A DNA stretch of 64,000 nucleotides from Octopus vulgaris. Taxonomy: Eukaryota. The notes beneath the pieces were generated by a model, which did no database searches, had not been told where the DNA came from, and was given only the letters and a program-made list of their open reading frames with translations. The position numbers and the translations under genes are program-made. The stretch is taken from contig OX597819.1 in assembly GCA_951406725.2 (NCBI GenBank), forward strand, positions 90,954,001-91,018,000, written 5' to 3'. Below are positions 1 to 13,657 of this stretch, one piece after another (the stretch's first letter is position 1; each line of letters opens with the position of its first letter).

Positions 1-769
1 TTCCTCTCTATCATGCCAGAAATGGTATAGCTAATTTGCAAACCCTACCCTGATCCCATCATATATTTTTGCATGTGTATGTGTGTGTGTATACACACAC
101 ACATACTTACATACACACATATATGTATGGCAGAATTTCAGATCAGGATGCCCACATAAGTTTGTTGCTCTCCACTTTGATGGCGATTTTTACAATTTTT
201 TGCTTTTTGCCCATGGCTTTTGAAATGATGATGGTGAGGAATCTTTTTATGAAAAAAATTTTTTGAAAATTTATGATATTTTCTTCTTACTTCACCCACT
301 TCACCACCCCCATCTGGACCGATTTTGTCAATTTTTTTGGTGCTACAAACGTAAAAACCATGGGAGAAGCCTTTTTGAGAAAAAAAAAAAAAAAGAAATT
401 GTAAAAATTTTCAGACAAAAAGGTGTGTAATTTAAGGGAGATTTAACTGTTGTTTCTAGCACATCCCACAACCACCTTCCTCGTTTCTTTGTCACTCTCA
501 CACGTATTGATGTATTTTCATATTTTTCTACCCTCTCTGTTAATAATCCCTAGGGGTGGGACCTTTTCTTTATCTTGCAGCTTTTTTGGTGACCTCATTA
601 ATGCTGGTGCCATGAGAAAAAAACACCCAGCAGACTCTGTAGAATGGTTAGTAAAGGTCATCCAGCTGTAGAAACTACATCAAAGCAGACACTGGAGCTC
701 GATGCAGTCCTCCAGCTTGTTGGATCCTGGCAAACTGTCCAACACATGGGAGATAGATGATAAATGATA

Positions 770-800
<31 letters not shown>

Positions 801-1340
801 CGATGACGACGACAACAATGACAACGATGGTGATGATGATGTTGGTATATATACACACACTTTGTTATTGCCTTTTCTTCACTCCATAATTTCAAGGTAG
901 ACTTTTTCTACTGATACACATTTAACTTGTTCTCTGGGTCTTAAGTTCTTAGTTGTCTTCCACCACCCACTGGGAAGCTGTAAAACCAAGCTGATGAAAA
1001 GAGTAAAGCCCAGTGAGAAAGGAAATCCTGGTTAAGATATGTTGAATGTATGATGGACAATAAAATCGGAAGAGGAGAATGTTGTTGCATATTAAGTTCA
1101 GGAATGCTACATGTAATGCAGTTGAGGCTGCAAGCATTGTAATTCTTTAGATATAAAGAAATAGAACTCTGGCTATAGGTGTGGGAAGCTAAATCTCCAG
1201 GCCGCTTTGGATGTTACCTTTGTTTAATCAAAACAACATAGGATGAGATTGAACAAAGTGTAAAGATTATACTGCTGTTGAAATTTTAACTGAAAAGTAC
1301 TGATTCTGTTTGTAGATTTTGTAGCTCCATTAAACAAACG

Positions 1341-1390
<50 letters not shown>

Positions 1391-1951
1391 AAAGAAAAAT
1401 TTCTAAATTGGAAGATTAAAAAATATACCACACAAATTTTGTTGTTGAAGCATTAATTTCAATCTTCATCCTGGAGTGAAACTTTTCTCTGGTTTAACAC
1501 AAAACATAAAATATTCCAGCTGTTGACATAATAAAAACATTTTCGTTTGGTAAGAATTATATTTAAGAAGCCAGTAAAGCGTAATGTGAGCTAAAGATAA
1601 ATCCCTTCCCTGAGCTTACATGACTCACTGGTCTGGTTTTTATCTCCAGTTTCTGCAGTGTTAAACAGATAGATGGAAGGTATGTCTTCCTTGAGATAAG
1701 AGGTTAATCAATAACAGGTCAGCTTTCTAGATGGTTTAGTACTAGGTTTCTAGGTTTCTAGTTAGGTAGACTGATTATAAGAGTTGAAAAGTAGTAAATA
1801 CTTACCAGTAAACAGAGTCTGCTATGCAGGTTGAATTCTTGGTCAATCCATTTTACTTATTTGCTAACTCTTTGGCCCTACAATTTCCAGTTGTGGTCAA
1901 CGCTGTCATGGTGACTTGTTCATGTTGCATCATAATGATATATTTGGTCTG

Positions 1952-2490
1952 TGGAGGTGCATAGCTTAGTGGTTAGGGTATTTGGTTTGTGATCACAAGA
2001 TCATGAATTTGATTCCTAGTGGCATGTTGCGTCCTTGAGCAAGACACTTTATTTCATGATGTTCCAGTCCACTCAGCTGACAAAAATGAGTAGTACCTGT
2101 ATTTCAAAGGGCCATCCTTGTCACATTCTGTGTCATACTGAATCTCCCTGAGAACTATGCTAAGGGTACATGTGTTTGTGGAGTGCTCAGCCACTTGCAC
2201 ATTAATTTCATGAGCAGGCTGTTCTTATTTCTTTATTGCCCACAAGGGGCTAAACAAGGACAGACAAAGGGATTAAGTCAATTGACCCCAGTGCATAACT
2301 GGTACTTAATTTATCGACCCCAAAAGGATGAAAGGCAAAGTTGACCTCGGTGGAATTTGAACTCAGAATGTAATGGTAAATGAAATGCCGATAAGCATTT
2401 CGCCTGGTGTGCTAATGTTTCTGCCAGCTTGCAGGCTATTCTGTTGATCAGATCAACTGGAACCTTCATTGTTGTAACCAACAGTGGCAG
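1952..2490 (+). mobile_element. tRNA-headed SINE (family C), interrupted by a family B SINE (2226-2430) with a 12-bp TSD
   Basis: Head GGAGGTGCATAGCTTAGTGGTTAGGG...GAATTTGATTCC and CCTTGAGCAAGACAC. TSD GCAGGCT[G/A]TTCT at 2214-2225 and 2431-2442. Related heads at 29150-29240, 60301-60528(-) and 62392-62514. Confidence 0.8.
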
Positions 2491-5248
2491 TTTATTTGGC
2501 CTCAAGTTCTACTCTGGTTGGAGGGGTCTGGTTTGTGAACTTCCAGAATATGAACAGAATTTGAAATTTCCTAAAATACACTATATGTGTTTTATTGTGG
2601 CATCTCATGAACAATTTAAGGGATGTTTTTATTCAATAGGAATTAAGAGTGTTTCTATCTTGCACAAAAATGTTATAAACTAACAATCCATGAGCTGTTA
2701 GTGAAGGACCTCAGTTACTTGACTGGAAGAACTGAATGAAGGCAACACAGAGGGGACTCTTTAGTCCAGTTGGTTATATACACTGTAGGGCCAGTGGCCT
2801 GATAAAATGCATGCAGTCCATATTGTAACATAGTAGGTGATAGGAAAGGCATCTTGGAAAGAAAAAAAGTAGATGGTTGTAGCTGATGCACCTTTTGTTT
2901 TATTTTATATTATTGTTGTTTATTGAACTGCAAATAAAATTTTAAGTTCTTTTTTTTTGTGGGTATAGTAAGATGCTTGCTTCCCAACCACATGGTTCTG
3001 GGTTCAGTCCCACTACTTGGTACCTTGGGCAAGTGTCTTCTATTATAGCCTTGGACTGACTAAAACCTTGTGGGTGGATTTGGTAGGCAGAAGCTGACAG
3101 ACGCCCATCATATGTATGTATACGTATATATCTATATGTGTTTGTCTTTGTATCTGTGTTTGTCCACCCCTCATCACTGCTTGACAACCAGTATTGGTAT
3201 GTTTATGTCCTCATAACTTAGCAGTTCAGTAAAAAGACTGATAGAAAAAGTACTAGGCTTCAAAAAAAAAAACAAGTCCTGGGGTCAATTTGTTCAACTA
3301 AAACTTTTCAAGGCGTTGCTCCAGCATGGCTGCAGTCAAATGACTGAAACAAGTAAAAGAATAAAAGAATGAAAGGAAAAGTATATTTATAGATTCTTGT
3401 AGCATTCTGTGTACTGACTGAGAACTATGTATTGTGTATGTATATGTATGTATCCACGTAAGTGGTTGTACAGTAGTGTATTTATTGTGTATGTATGTTT
3501 ATGTATCTCTTTAGAGAATGTAAAGACTGCAAAAATTAAGAATTGAGATGGAAAAAAATTATGAAATGAAGTTACTTTTCGACTTTCAACCAATCTTATT
3601 ACTGACATAAATGATACATACATAGAGAAAAACTCTTAAATCTGAAAAATTTTGAAATGATTTTCATATTTTTTCCAGCTCTTTAGGTGGAAAGTTGGTA
3701 GAATTGTTAGCATGCCAGGTATAATGCTTAGCAGCATTTCACCTGTGTTTATGTTCTGAGTTCAGATGCTGCCAAGGTTGACTTTTCCTTTCATCCTTTT
3801 GGGGTTGATAAAATAGATACCAGTTGAGGACTGGGGCCCAATGTAATTGACTTTCCCCTTCCCCACAAATCATTAGCCTTGTGCTAAAATTTGAAATCAA
3901 TATTCCTTCCAGCTCTTTACATGCTGACTTATGATCCCACTAAGTACAACTATACTTTTCATGATTCTGGGGGTTGATAAAATGAAATAACCAATCAAGT
4001 ACTAGGGTTAATGTAAACACCCTTATCGTTCAAAATTGCTGGCCTTGTAACTGAAGTAGAAACCGTTACTCTCCCTCTGTAAAAGTGAAACAAATTGAGC
4101 AGAATATCAATGAATAAAAGTGAAAGACACAATAATTGGTCGAAGGCAGAAATAAAGAAACTGAAAGTAATTTTTCAGTAATGGGGGGAAATTTCAGTCT
4201 AAATATTACCTGCCTATGCACATACATGTATATATAAATACATATGTATTTACAACTGTATATCCTTACATAGATACACAAATAGATCAGTTCATCTATT
4301 CATAAATACATTATATATATGTGTGTATGTGTATACATATATTATACAGAATATGCATTGTTTAATTTACATAAGTGCCCGTGTCAGACAGAACATATGT
4401 GTATGCATGACTCTGTGTGTGTGTGTGTGTGTGTGTGTTTATGTGCGTATGTATGTGTATATATATATATATATACACACACATATATATAGTGAAATCT
4501 TTTTTAACTTTTTCTTTAACCCCGCCCCTCCATAAAAACCTAAAATTTTGTCTTTTTTCTCCAGATTTTATTTTTAATCATAACTTTAAAATATGGACAG
4601 TCCAAACCAGCAATTTGTTTCTCTTTATAATTTCAAAATAATTTTCAGGTATAAATGTGTGTCATTTAAGGGAGATTTAGCTGTTGTTTCTAGCAGATCC
4701 CACGACCATCTGCTACCTTACTTGTTTCTATGCCACTCTGACATATATTGATATTTTTCATCGAACTGGCAGAAATGTTAGCACACCAGGCAAAATGTTT
4801 AGCAGTATTTCGTCTGTCTTTATGTTCTGAGTTCAAATTCCACTGAGGTCGACTTTGCCTTTCATACTTTTGAGGTCAATAAATGAAGTACCAGTTGCAT
4901 ACTGGAGTCAATCTAATCAACTGGCTCCCTCCTCCAAAATTTCGGGCCTTGTGCCTAGAGTAGAAAAGAATATTTTTCCCCCCCATAAGCACATTTTCTG
5001 GAATGATGATGTTACTAGTATGTAAGCAACAACAACAAAATTTGTAATTTAAATTTTTAATCTCCCACTCCACATCAAGTGAGGCTATATGTGTATGCGT
5101 GTGTATGTGTAACAAAAACATATTTACTAACAGAAAAGTATGTTAGTAAAATGAATTATCATTTACCTGCCTCTTTTAAATCACTGTGTTGCCTTAATAC
5201 AATTCTTTACACAAATGCATACACACACAAACTTAGCATGAGCAATAT

Positions 5249-5903
5249 TGGAGGTGGTATCAAAACATTCCCAGATAAATTCTGTCGCATGCCAACAGAT
5301 GGCAGCACACAGTTACGTGTCCAGTGAGAGCTAGTAGTGACCTTCATGAAGCAGAGTGCTGAGTGATATCTCTGTGTTTACTTTGCAAGTTGTGAAATTT
5401 GTGTTTTTGTGATCATGTGTATGCTGTAGTCCATGATTTTGTCATGGAGAGGAACAAAAGGCCAATATGAAATTTTATGTTAAACTTGGGAAATGTGCTA
5501 CAGAGACATTGAGCATGCTTTGGCAAACTTACGGTGACAAGGCAAATGGGTCATACGCAATGTCTCAAGTGGTGTGGGCACTTCAAAAGCAGAAAAATGT
5601 CCTTGGATGACAATGAGCAATCTGGAAGATCTGCCATAAGTGTCTGAAAATGTGGTATTGTGCATTGAGAATTCATTCCTTGGGGCCAGACCATCAATCG
5701 AGAATTCTACTGTAATGTTCTGAAGCATTTGAGGGAGAACATTTAGTGAATGCGACCAGATGTGTGGAGCACAAAGAATTGGATTCTTCACGATGACAAT
5801 GCACCTTTTCATTGAGCTCTCCTCACTCATGAGTTTCCTACCAAAAACAACATAGTATCACTTTCACACCTGCCCTATTCACCAGATTTAACACCTGTGA
5901 ACT
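5249..5903 (+). mobile_element. Decayed, internally deleted mariner (Tc1/mariner) transposon
   Basis: TIR-like start GAGGTGGTATCAAAACATTCCC. Translated remnants SLDDNEQSGR (about 5600), LHDDNAP (about 5787) and HLPYSPDLTP (about 5866-5896, the mariner YSPDLAP motif), with frameshifts. Confidence 0.85.
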
Positions 5904-6290
5904 TACTGTAAATCCTTGAGTATAATCCGCATTTTTTTCTCAAAATTTAATGGTCAAAATCCCTAGTGCGTACTATATACGAGGTTAAAAATGAAAATTA
6001 TTTTCTAAGCAATGTCCGAGTCTCTATTTGCTGCCTGGCAATGTTTATTCCGATGCATTTTGTGATGTAGGGTGCAAAAATACCTTAAGCTAAGCCTGAA
6101 AGCAATGAAGTCCTAAAAGAATCATCCATAATTTGCTGTAATCAACATTTATTAAACGTTATTACTGTTATTTCTTTATTTTCTGCAAACAAAATGCACA
6201 AAAAAGCTACACGTTTGCATTATGTTATATATACAATAATAGTAAAGGACATTACTGTATACAGTTTTACAAACCAAGTTAGAGAAGGGA
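5904..6290 (+). mobile_element. pogo/Tc2-type terminal fragment abutting and truncating the mariner
   Basis: TA-CTGTAAATCCTTGAGTATAATCCGCA terminus and internal GCGTACTATATACGAG subrepeat, typical of pogo/Tc2 ends (from memory). The right boundary is uncertain. Confidence 0.5.
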
Positions 6291-7609
6291 TGCGTATTCC
6301 AGCACCTTCATAGTAGAAAGCATTTTCCCAGGGTGCTGCATTGTGGAACTGAACCCCAAACCATGTAGTTAGGAAGCAAATTGCCCAACCATACATCATG
6401 CCAGCATCTATATTATATCACTGGTGAATACAATATGAAAGAATTAGCAGATATGATGCCCATCATATCTGCTACTTCTTTGTTTTTTCAGTTTGGTCTG
6501 GCTGGCAGAAGAGGTTGTTCCATGCCTTTTGTAAGCCTTCCTCTTACCAATCAACATCTTCCTCCTCGTCATCATCACCATCACGACCACTACCATCATC
6601 ATCATCATTCTCTTTTTAACATCCATTTTTCCATGCTTGCATCAATCAGACAGATTATTAAGATAAATTTTCTATGGCTGGATTCCCTTTCTGTTACCAA
6701 CTGTCACCTGTTTCCAAACAAAGTAACATTTTCCCATGGCAAGATATGTTCTCACAGAACACTGGAAATGAACGACACTGCTTTTAAGACAGTGTCACTC
6801 ATTATCATCATGGTTTCGTTGTTTGATTGATACTCATTCTCTCTTCATTGTGAGCATAAAGTCTGAAATATATTTAACCCTCTAACATTTAAACTGATCA
6901 CATCTGACCAAAATATTCCAACTGTTTCATATCCAAACTGACCACATCCAGCTTCTCACATCTACGTGACAATGTTATCCTAAAAATAAACAATCACATC
7001 ATCAAAATCTTGAAGCTATGAGATAACACATGATTAATTCAAAGCAATGGGAATAAATAAGCATTACAATTGATAGAGTAATCTGAAGGATAAATGATTA
7101 AAATAATGTAAGGAAGTCATTGAAATAGAATTGTCAGTTAGATCAAGCAGATTGTTGTTGTTCAGCCCTATGCCTGCATGACTAAGTAAACTGATGACCA
7201 AAGACATTCCATTCATGACCACCACATATATTAAGATATTGTGTATCTTGAGCTGTGTTATCCAATGTATGCTGGTGCTACATAAAAAGTACCCAGTGCA
7301 CTCTGTAAAGTGGTTGGCATCAGGAAGGGCATCCAGCCATAAAAACCATGCCAAAACAGACAGTAGGGCTTGGTGAAGTCCTCTGACTTGCCAGCTCCTG
7401 TCAAACCATTCAAGATATACCACCATGGAAGATGGACGTTACGTGACAACTATGATTATGTATCTCTTTTCTTTGTGTCTTAGGCTCACCTGTGTCTAGT
7501 TTAAGACCAACACCTGGTTCTTTGTACTTTTAGTGATGTCCATTTGGTTGCAAGTGTGTAAACCAGGCTAGCTGTCTGATAATAACCCATGAGTCATGGT
7601 TTCTTTCTT

Positions 7610-8520
7610 CCATTTAAATGATCTTAGAACTCCTGCAAAAACACTTCATGGGCACAATGCCTTTCTTCCTCTATCAAAGCCATGACTTAAAAAGAAATAA
7701 ATATAAAACAGCATGATCTGATTTGAAGGGAATTTGTGCGCCGCTTCTTGCAGGCTGAGTGACAAAATAGTGGCTCCCTCAATTGAATACACTGTGCAGC
7801 AATAAAGAGGCTTTCTTTCTTTGAATGAATAACATTTGTTGATGAGACAAGTAACTATTTGAGACATGTAACCATTTGTGTATTTATAAATGTGGTTCTA
7901 ACAATCAGAGAACTCATCTGGCATAATCAGGCAAGGTCATATGTGCTTATCAAGATATGAATTCACTAAAGGAAAATCCAGCTTCTGACTACAAAGTTAA
8001 TACCAATGATGGTTTCTTAGATAAGAAGAAAATCTCACATTTATTTTTCTTTGACTAAAAAAACATCTGCTGGTTCTTCAACATCGTTTTAATTAATGTA
8101 TCATATTTTACCATATTTGCATGGAGCTAATATATCATCTTTCCCCCATTGTCCAGTTAATTCCTATATGACTGTAGATTCTGGTGGTGGTCACAATGAG
8201 AATGAGTAAAGTAGACTCAGTTGGAGCACAACAGTTGTTGCTTCTCAGCACTTATTGCTGGAAGTGAGCATCTTAAAACTGTGTTTGGGGTCAGTAAAGC
8301 TATTTCTGTATATGTGTTCCTTACACTTGTTTCGGTTGAGTGGGAAAGAGAAACAATGCCTTTAGGTTATTGTAGTTGTTTTACGCTGTTGTTTGTGTGT
8401 CTGGCTGTTTGAAAAGGAGTTTTCATGTAGTGACAGGGACTACTGACATTGAAAGTTGCTGAGACAAGAATCTGTACCTTTTAAAAATATTTGATGATGA
8501 GTATAGGAAGTGATGGTCTT
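7610..8520 (-). pseudogene. Possible highly decayed Penelope-like element C-terminus
   Basis: Remnants LFKQPDTQ and FIFISF*...ERHCAHEVFLQEF*DHLN loosely fit PLE RT-thumb and GIY-YIG C-terminal patterns. No intact GIY/YIG motif was seen. Confidence 0.25.
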
Positions 8521-8859
8521 GTATAAAGTTTTCACATGAATTTTTGTTGGGCTTTAGAGTTGTTTTAATTTTTCTCAGATTCCAGAGCCTGAGAATTTGG
8601 CATTATTGTTACAAATAATTGTTGTTATGATCAAAAGCACTCAAGCCATGCCCTTGTTATTTTTAGGATGCGTAGGAATGTATAATCTAATGTAACCTTC
8701 CCCTGCTTTTGTAAAATGGCAGAATGTGATTTGAGGGAGATTTAGCTGCTATATCTAGCAGGTTGTGCAACCATACAGAGACTCCCTCAATGTAAGAGTA
8801 TTTGTAAATGTTAGTAAGTACAGTGATTCCTTCAGCTTTTCTGTCTTTTAGGTTTACAT

Positions 8860-9243
8860 TTGAGGAGACCTATTGAGTCAAGTACATCAACATCAAAAAT
8901 CAATGGAAATTGTAGTTGTGATCCCTGTGCTGGTGGCACGTAAAAAGCACCATCCAAACGTGGCCGATGCCAGCACCGCCTTGACTGGCTTCCATGCCGG
9001 TGGCATGTAAAAAGCACCAAACGATCCTGGCCGTTGCCAGCCTCGCCTGGCACCTGTGCTGGTGGCACGTAAAAAGCACCCACTACACTAACAGAGTGGT
9101 TGGCGTTAGGAAGGGCATCCAGCTGTAGAAACACTGCCAGATCAGACTGGAGCCTGGTGCAGCCTTCTGGCTTCCCAGACCCCGGTCGAACCGTCCAAAC
9201 CATTCTAGCATGGAAAACGGACGTTAAACGATGATGATGATGA
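8860..9243 (+). mobile_element. RTE-LINE-3'-end-like repeat (family D) with internal tandem subrepeats and a (GAT)n tail
   Basis: Motif GTGGTTGGCGTTAGGAAGGGCATCCAGCTGTAGAAAC...AGCATGGAAAACGGACGTTAAACGATGATGATG, with three GGTGGCACGTAAAAAGCACC subrepeats. Other copies: 590-840, 6590-6780(-), 7260-7450, 11528-11850(-), 14640-14815, 28080-28196, 37925-38110(-), 39705-40110(-), 47060-47190(-), 47740-48110(-), 62240-62390. Confidence 0.75.
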
Positions 9244-9589
9244 TTTGTAATTTTATCTGGCCCTGATAATCTTTAAACTTTTTGCCTTTCATGTATATGA
9301 TGAGGTCAAGAAGTGGAGAAAATCCTGATCTTAGTGGAAAGTATATTTATTTTTTGTTTTAGTGTTTCTTTTTTAATGGTTGATTTTCAAGAAATGTTGA
9401 TAAGGTTTTTTAGTTTTGAAGTATGGGGTATAGTATTTGACATTGCAATTGTATCATGGAGAGTGGTGTAATTGTTACCGCTGATGTTGCTAATTACTCT
9501 GTGTAGTGTTTTCGTGTTAATTTTGTGGTTTATGTTGGATAGAGATTGTTGGTTACTTTCTGAATAGTTCTTTCCTTTTTTATTTTCGA

Positions 9590-9900
9590 GTTTAGTTTTA
9601 TTTCAGTTGTATGTGGTTTTGGTGTATTTGTCACAAGCTTATTTTGCTTCAGAGTAAATTCATTGTAATATGTTTGAAGTTTCATTTCATCTGTAGGTAG
9701 TTTCATTGTATTATGTTTGAAGTTTAATTTCAACTGTATTTAGTTTCATTGTATTGCTTGCAGTTTAATTTCATGTGTGTGTAGTTTCATTGTATCATGT
9801 CTGAAGCTTTATTTCATTTGTGTGTAGTTTCCTTACATTATGCTTGAAGTTTTTTTCATTTTTATGTGGCTTCAGTATACAGCATTTGAGGTTGGGTTGG
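9590..9900. repeat. Diverged minisatellite, unit about 42-43 bp, about 7 copies
   Basis: Recurrent GAAGTTT(A/C)ATTTCA....GTGTAGTTTCATTGTATTATGTTT. Confidence 0.8.
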
Positions 9901-10604
9901 GTTTCTAAGATATTGGTTGTTTCTTCTGTGTAACTGGAGTTAGATTTTTTTGTTACATTACTTGTGGGATATGCCTTTCGGATATATCTAAAATTATTTT
10001 CTTGTGTGGGTATTTCGTCCCTAACTTTCTTCAAATCACCTAAAATTTATCATCACAACACAATCACACATCAATGAAGACATTTTTACAAACTTTAAAA
10101 AAATCACAAAGAATTAGCAATATATTCTCTAAAGGTGATTGATTATGTTGTTAATTCTCAGGATTGCTGCTATTCTTGATGGCAGTTACCTCATTGTTTT
10201 TAGGTTTAATGTTTTAGCACAGAAAATGACGTCTGGGCTCTTACAATTGGTTTGTATGTGTAAATGTTTGTGTGAATTGTTTAAAATATAAAGAGAGTTT
10301 AGTTTTAACATGTTATGTTACCTCTTATTATCTGTATTATTTGAAAACCAGGAGATGTTGCAGGCATTGAAATCTCCCTTTATAATGATGCTTGTGAAAA
10401 TGTTAAAAAGTGTTGTAGCTGGGATGGATAAGGTGATGGAAGAATAGTGATGTTGATGATGATGATGTGTGTGTGTGTGCATGCGTGTGGAACAAAATGT
10501 CGTTCTTCAGCAAACTAGTGGATTCTATCACACCATCCAAGCCATGCTAGCATGGAAAACAAAAGTAAAATTATGATGATGATGATGATATATATATACA
10601 CACA

Positions 10605-11000
10605 CATTCTTTTATTCTTTTGTTTGTTTCAGTCATTTGACTGCGGCCATGCTGGAGCATCACCTTAAAGGGTTTTAGTTGAATAAATCGCCCCCAGGAC
10701 TTATTCTTTGTAAGCCTAGTGCTTATTCTATCTATCTTTTTGTCAAACCACTAAGTTATGGGGACATAAACACATCAGCATCGGTTGTCAAGTGATGGTA
10801 GGGGGACAAACACAGATACACACTTATATATATATATCTGACAGACTTCTTTCAGTTTCTGTCTACCAAGTCCACTCACAAGGTTTTGGTTGGCCTGGGG
10901 TTGTAGTAGAAAATACTTGTTTAAGGTGGCATGCATTGAACTGAATCTAAAACCATGTGGTTGGGAAGCTACCTTCTTACAACCAGACAGCCATACCTGT
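10605..11000 (-). mobile_element. SINE family A, near full-length copy (reverse)
   Basis: Reverse complement of 14008-14397. Confidence 0.88.
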
Positions 11001-11241
11001 GCCTATATATATATATATAGGTGACAAGCTGGCAGAATCATTAGTACGCTGGGCAAAATGTTTAGTGGTATTTTGTCTGCCACTACATTCAAAATTCCGC
11101 TGAGGTCAACTTAGCCTTTTATCCTTTCAGAGTTGGTTAAATAGGTACCAGTTATGCACAGGAATTGATGTAATCAACTTAATCCTTTTGTCTGTCCTTC
11201 TTCGTCCCCTCTATGTTTAGCTCCCAGTGGGCAATAAAGAA

Positions 11242-11272
<31 letters not shown>

Positions 11273-11396
11273 TATATATAAAGAATATGAGAGGTTTAGT
11301 TCATTTGTGATCTAAGCGAATAGGTACACTGGGTAGGTACTAAAGTTGGATCTAAGAATCCATGTTAGGGTTCTGTTATAACATGTATATATTATA

Positions 11397-11516
11397 TTAG
11401 AGGAAGAATTAAAACCAAAGCAGAATGAGTATCTCAGGTCATTTACCTTACCCTAATTAAATTATTCTATATGACCTGAGATACTCATTCTGCTTTGGTT
11501 TTTATTTTTACTCTAA
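11397..11516. repeat. Inverted repeat with a perfect 32-bp stem and 28-nt loop
   Basis: AAAACCAAAGCAGAATGAGTATCTCAGGTCAT (11411-11442) pairs perfectly with 11471-11502 and extends imperfectly to TTAGAG/CTCTAA. Confidence 0.95.
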
Positions 11517-13290
11517 AATAATATATATCATCATCATTTAACGTCTGCTTTCCATGCTAGTATGGGTTGGATGATTTGACTGAGGACTGGTGAACCAGAT
11601 GGCTGCACCAGGCTTCAATCTGATCTGGCAGAGTTTCTATAGCTGGATGCCCTTCCTAATGCCAACCACTCTGAGAGTGTAGTGGGTGCTTTTACGTGCC
11701 ACCAGCACGAGGGCCAGTCAGGAGGTACTGGCAATGGCCACACTCAATTGGTGTTTTTTATGTGCCACCTGCACAGGAGTCAGTCCAGCGGCACTGGCAA
11801 CAACCTTGCTCGAATGTTTTGTTCACATCCCACCGGCACAAGTGTCAGTAAGTCGGTAATTAGAATATTACATTTACCCTTTCCATTGGTCCCCAGACAC
11901 AATTTATGATGACATTTAAAGCAGATTTTCGTACCTCAGAGTCTTGAATAGTTTTGGCTTCAGCCAGACCAATCATTATGTTGATAGCATCTCACCGGCC
12001 CGAGGAGAGACTCTGTCAGGGGCTTCAAACCTTGAAGTAGCACTTAATCCAAATCAAACTGTTTTGAATAATACATGTAACTCCCAATAAATATGTTGAG
12101 TGCCCTTTCTTTCATTTGTCCACTCATATATATATACATAGTTAAAATTTATAGAAAAAAAACAAAGATGAGGAAAGTGCATTAGTTTGATGCACGGGAA
12201 AAATGGAAAAGTCTTTTACATTTTGAGCCTATGCTCTTTGACAGAAAGGTATAAGAGGAAATAGAGAGAGAATGAAAAAAATTTGTTGAGTCAGTGGTCC
12301 AATGTGCAGATACATACATGTTCATCATAATAATGTATTTAGTTTTGCTAGTTTTTTATTTTGAAGACCTGCATTTTTAATGTAATCTCATTTCCTATAG
12401 GCTTACAAATGTCATTTGTGACATCTACATTCTGAATGCTAGTTTTATATATATATATATAATAAAACTAACCTCCACAATGTAAAAAGTAGTCTGTCTA
12501 GTCTTGATCAGGAATGCTGTGTATTTGGTGTTCTGATAATAAGACTATTTCCTGAATCATCAACCACATGACTGTCAAGGCGGGGTGGCCTAAATGATAA
12601 AATCATTTAATCCCATGGAGCTTTTGATGCCTTTTGTTTACGCGGTTTATTTTTTATGTGCAAAGTGTTTATTTTTAAATGTATTCTAATGAAACATAAA
12701 GCATTATTATTATCATCATCATCATCATTATTATTGTTGTTGTTATTACCAGTTTCACTGACAATTTCCCCTACCATTGTATATTTTCTGGATTATTTTC
12801 AAATGTTGCTTGTGGGAATATTTTGTAAAAGACCATTTTGGGTGTATTTATTGTATTTTATCTCCATTTCGATTCATAACCAGTTGTTCTTTGGCAATGT
12901 TTATAATACATGTGATAAATATTTCTGTGTCAAATACATATTGTTATACCAGTCTTCTAGCTATGAGCATTCTGTCTTCTTTTCTGGCAGTATTAATTGT
13001 CCCCTGTGTATATATAAGCACAGACATGACTGTGTGGTTAAGAAGTGTAATTCCCAACCTAGCCATATGGTCTTGGGTTCATTTCCATTGTGTGCCATGT
13101 TGGGCAAGGACCTGCTACTTATAGCCTTAAGACAATCAAAGCTTTGTGTACGGGTTTGGTAGACAGAAACCGAAAGAAGCCCATTGTATATGTATCTATG
13201 TATGTATACATATAAATATATATATATATACACACATCCACATATATATACATAACAGTATCTATATACATATATGTATATATACACATC

Positions 13291-13330
<40 letters not shown>

Positions 13331-13657
13331 ATGTAGATGTATGGATGTCTGTCCGTCTTTCTTCCAATCTATCTATCTATATATATATATATATATTATC
13401 GCTAATAACAAAGGGTAAAATTAATTAATTAAGAAGTAATTAATAATTTCACCAAGTAGAATTCGGTATGAAAAAAGGACCATTTCACGGTAAGTTTAAG
13501 TAATACTAATAAAAAGGGTTCAGCAAAGATTTGCTTCACCACACACCAAAGTTTAGAAATATATATAATATATATTATACATTGATAGAAATGACATGAT
13601 GACAAATGAATGAAAGAGACCTCAATATTATGTAAATAGAGGAATTTATATGTAAAT

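Noticed and set aside
658-895. Poly-His, poly-Ser and poly-Ile ORFs (also 6381-6830, 33934-34234, 34647-34907)
   Set aside because: These are translations of (GAT)n, (CAT)n, (TAC)n and (AAT)n microsatellites and repeat tails, with no domain or splice support.
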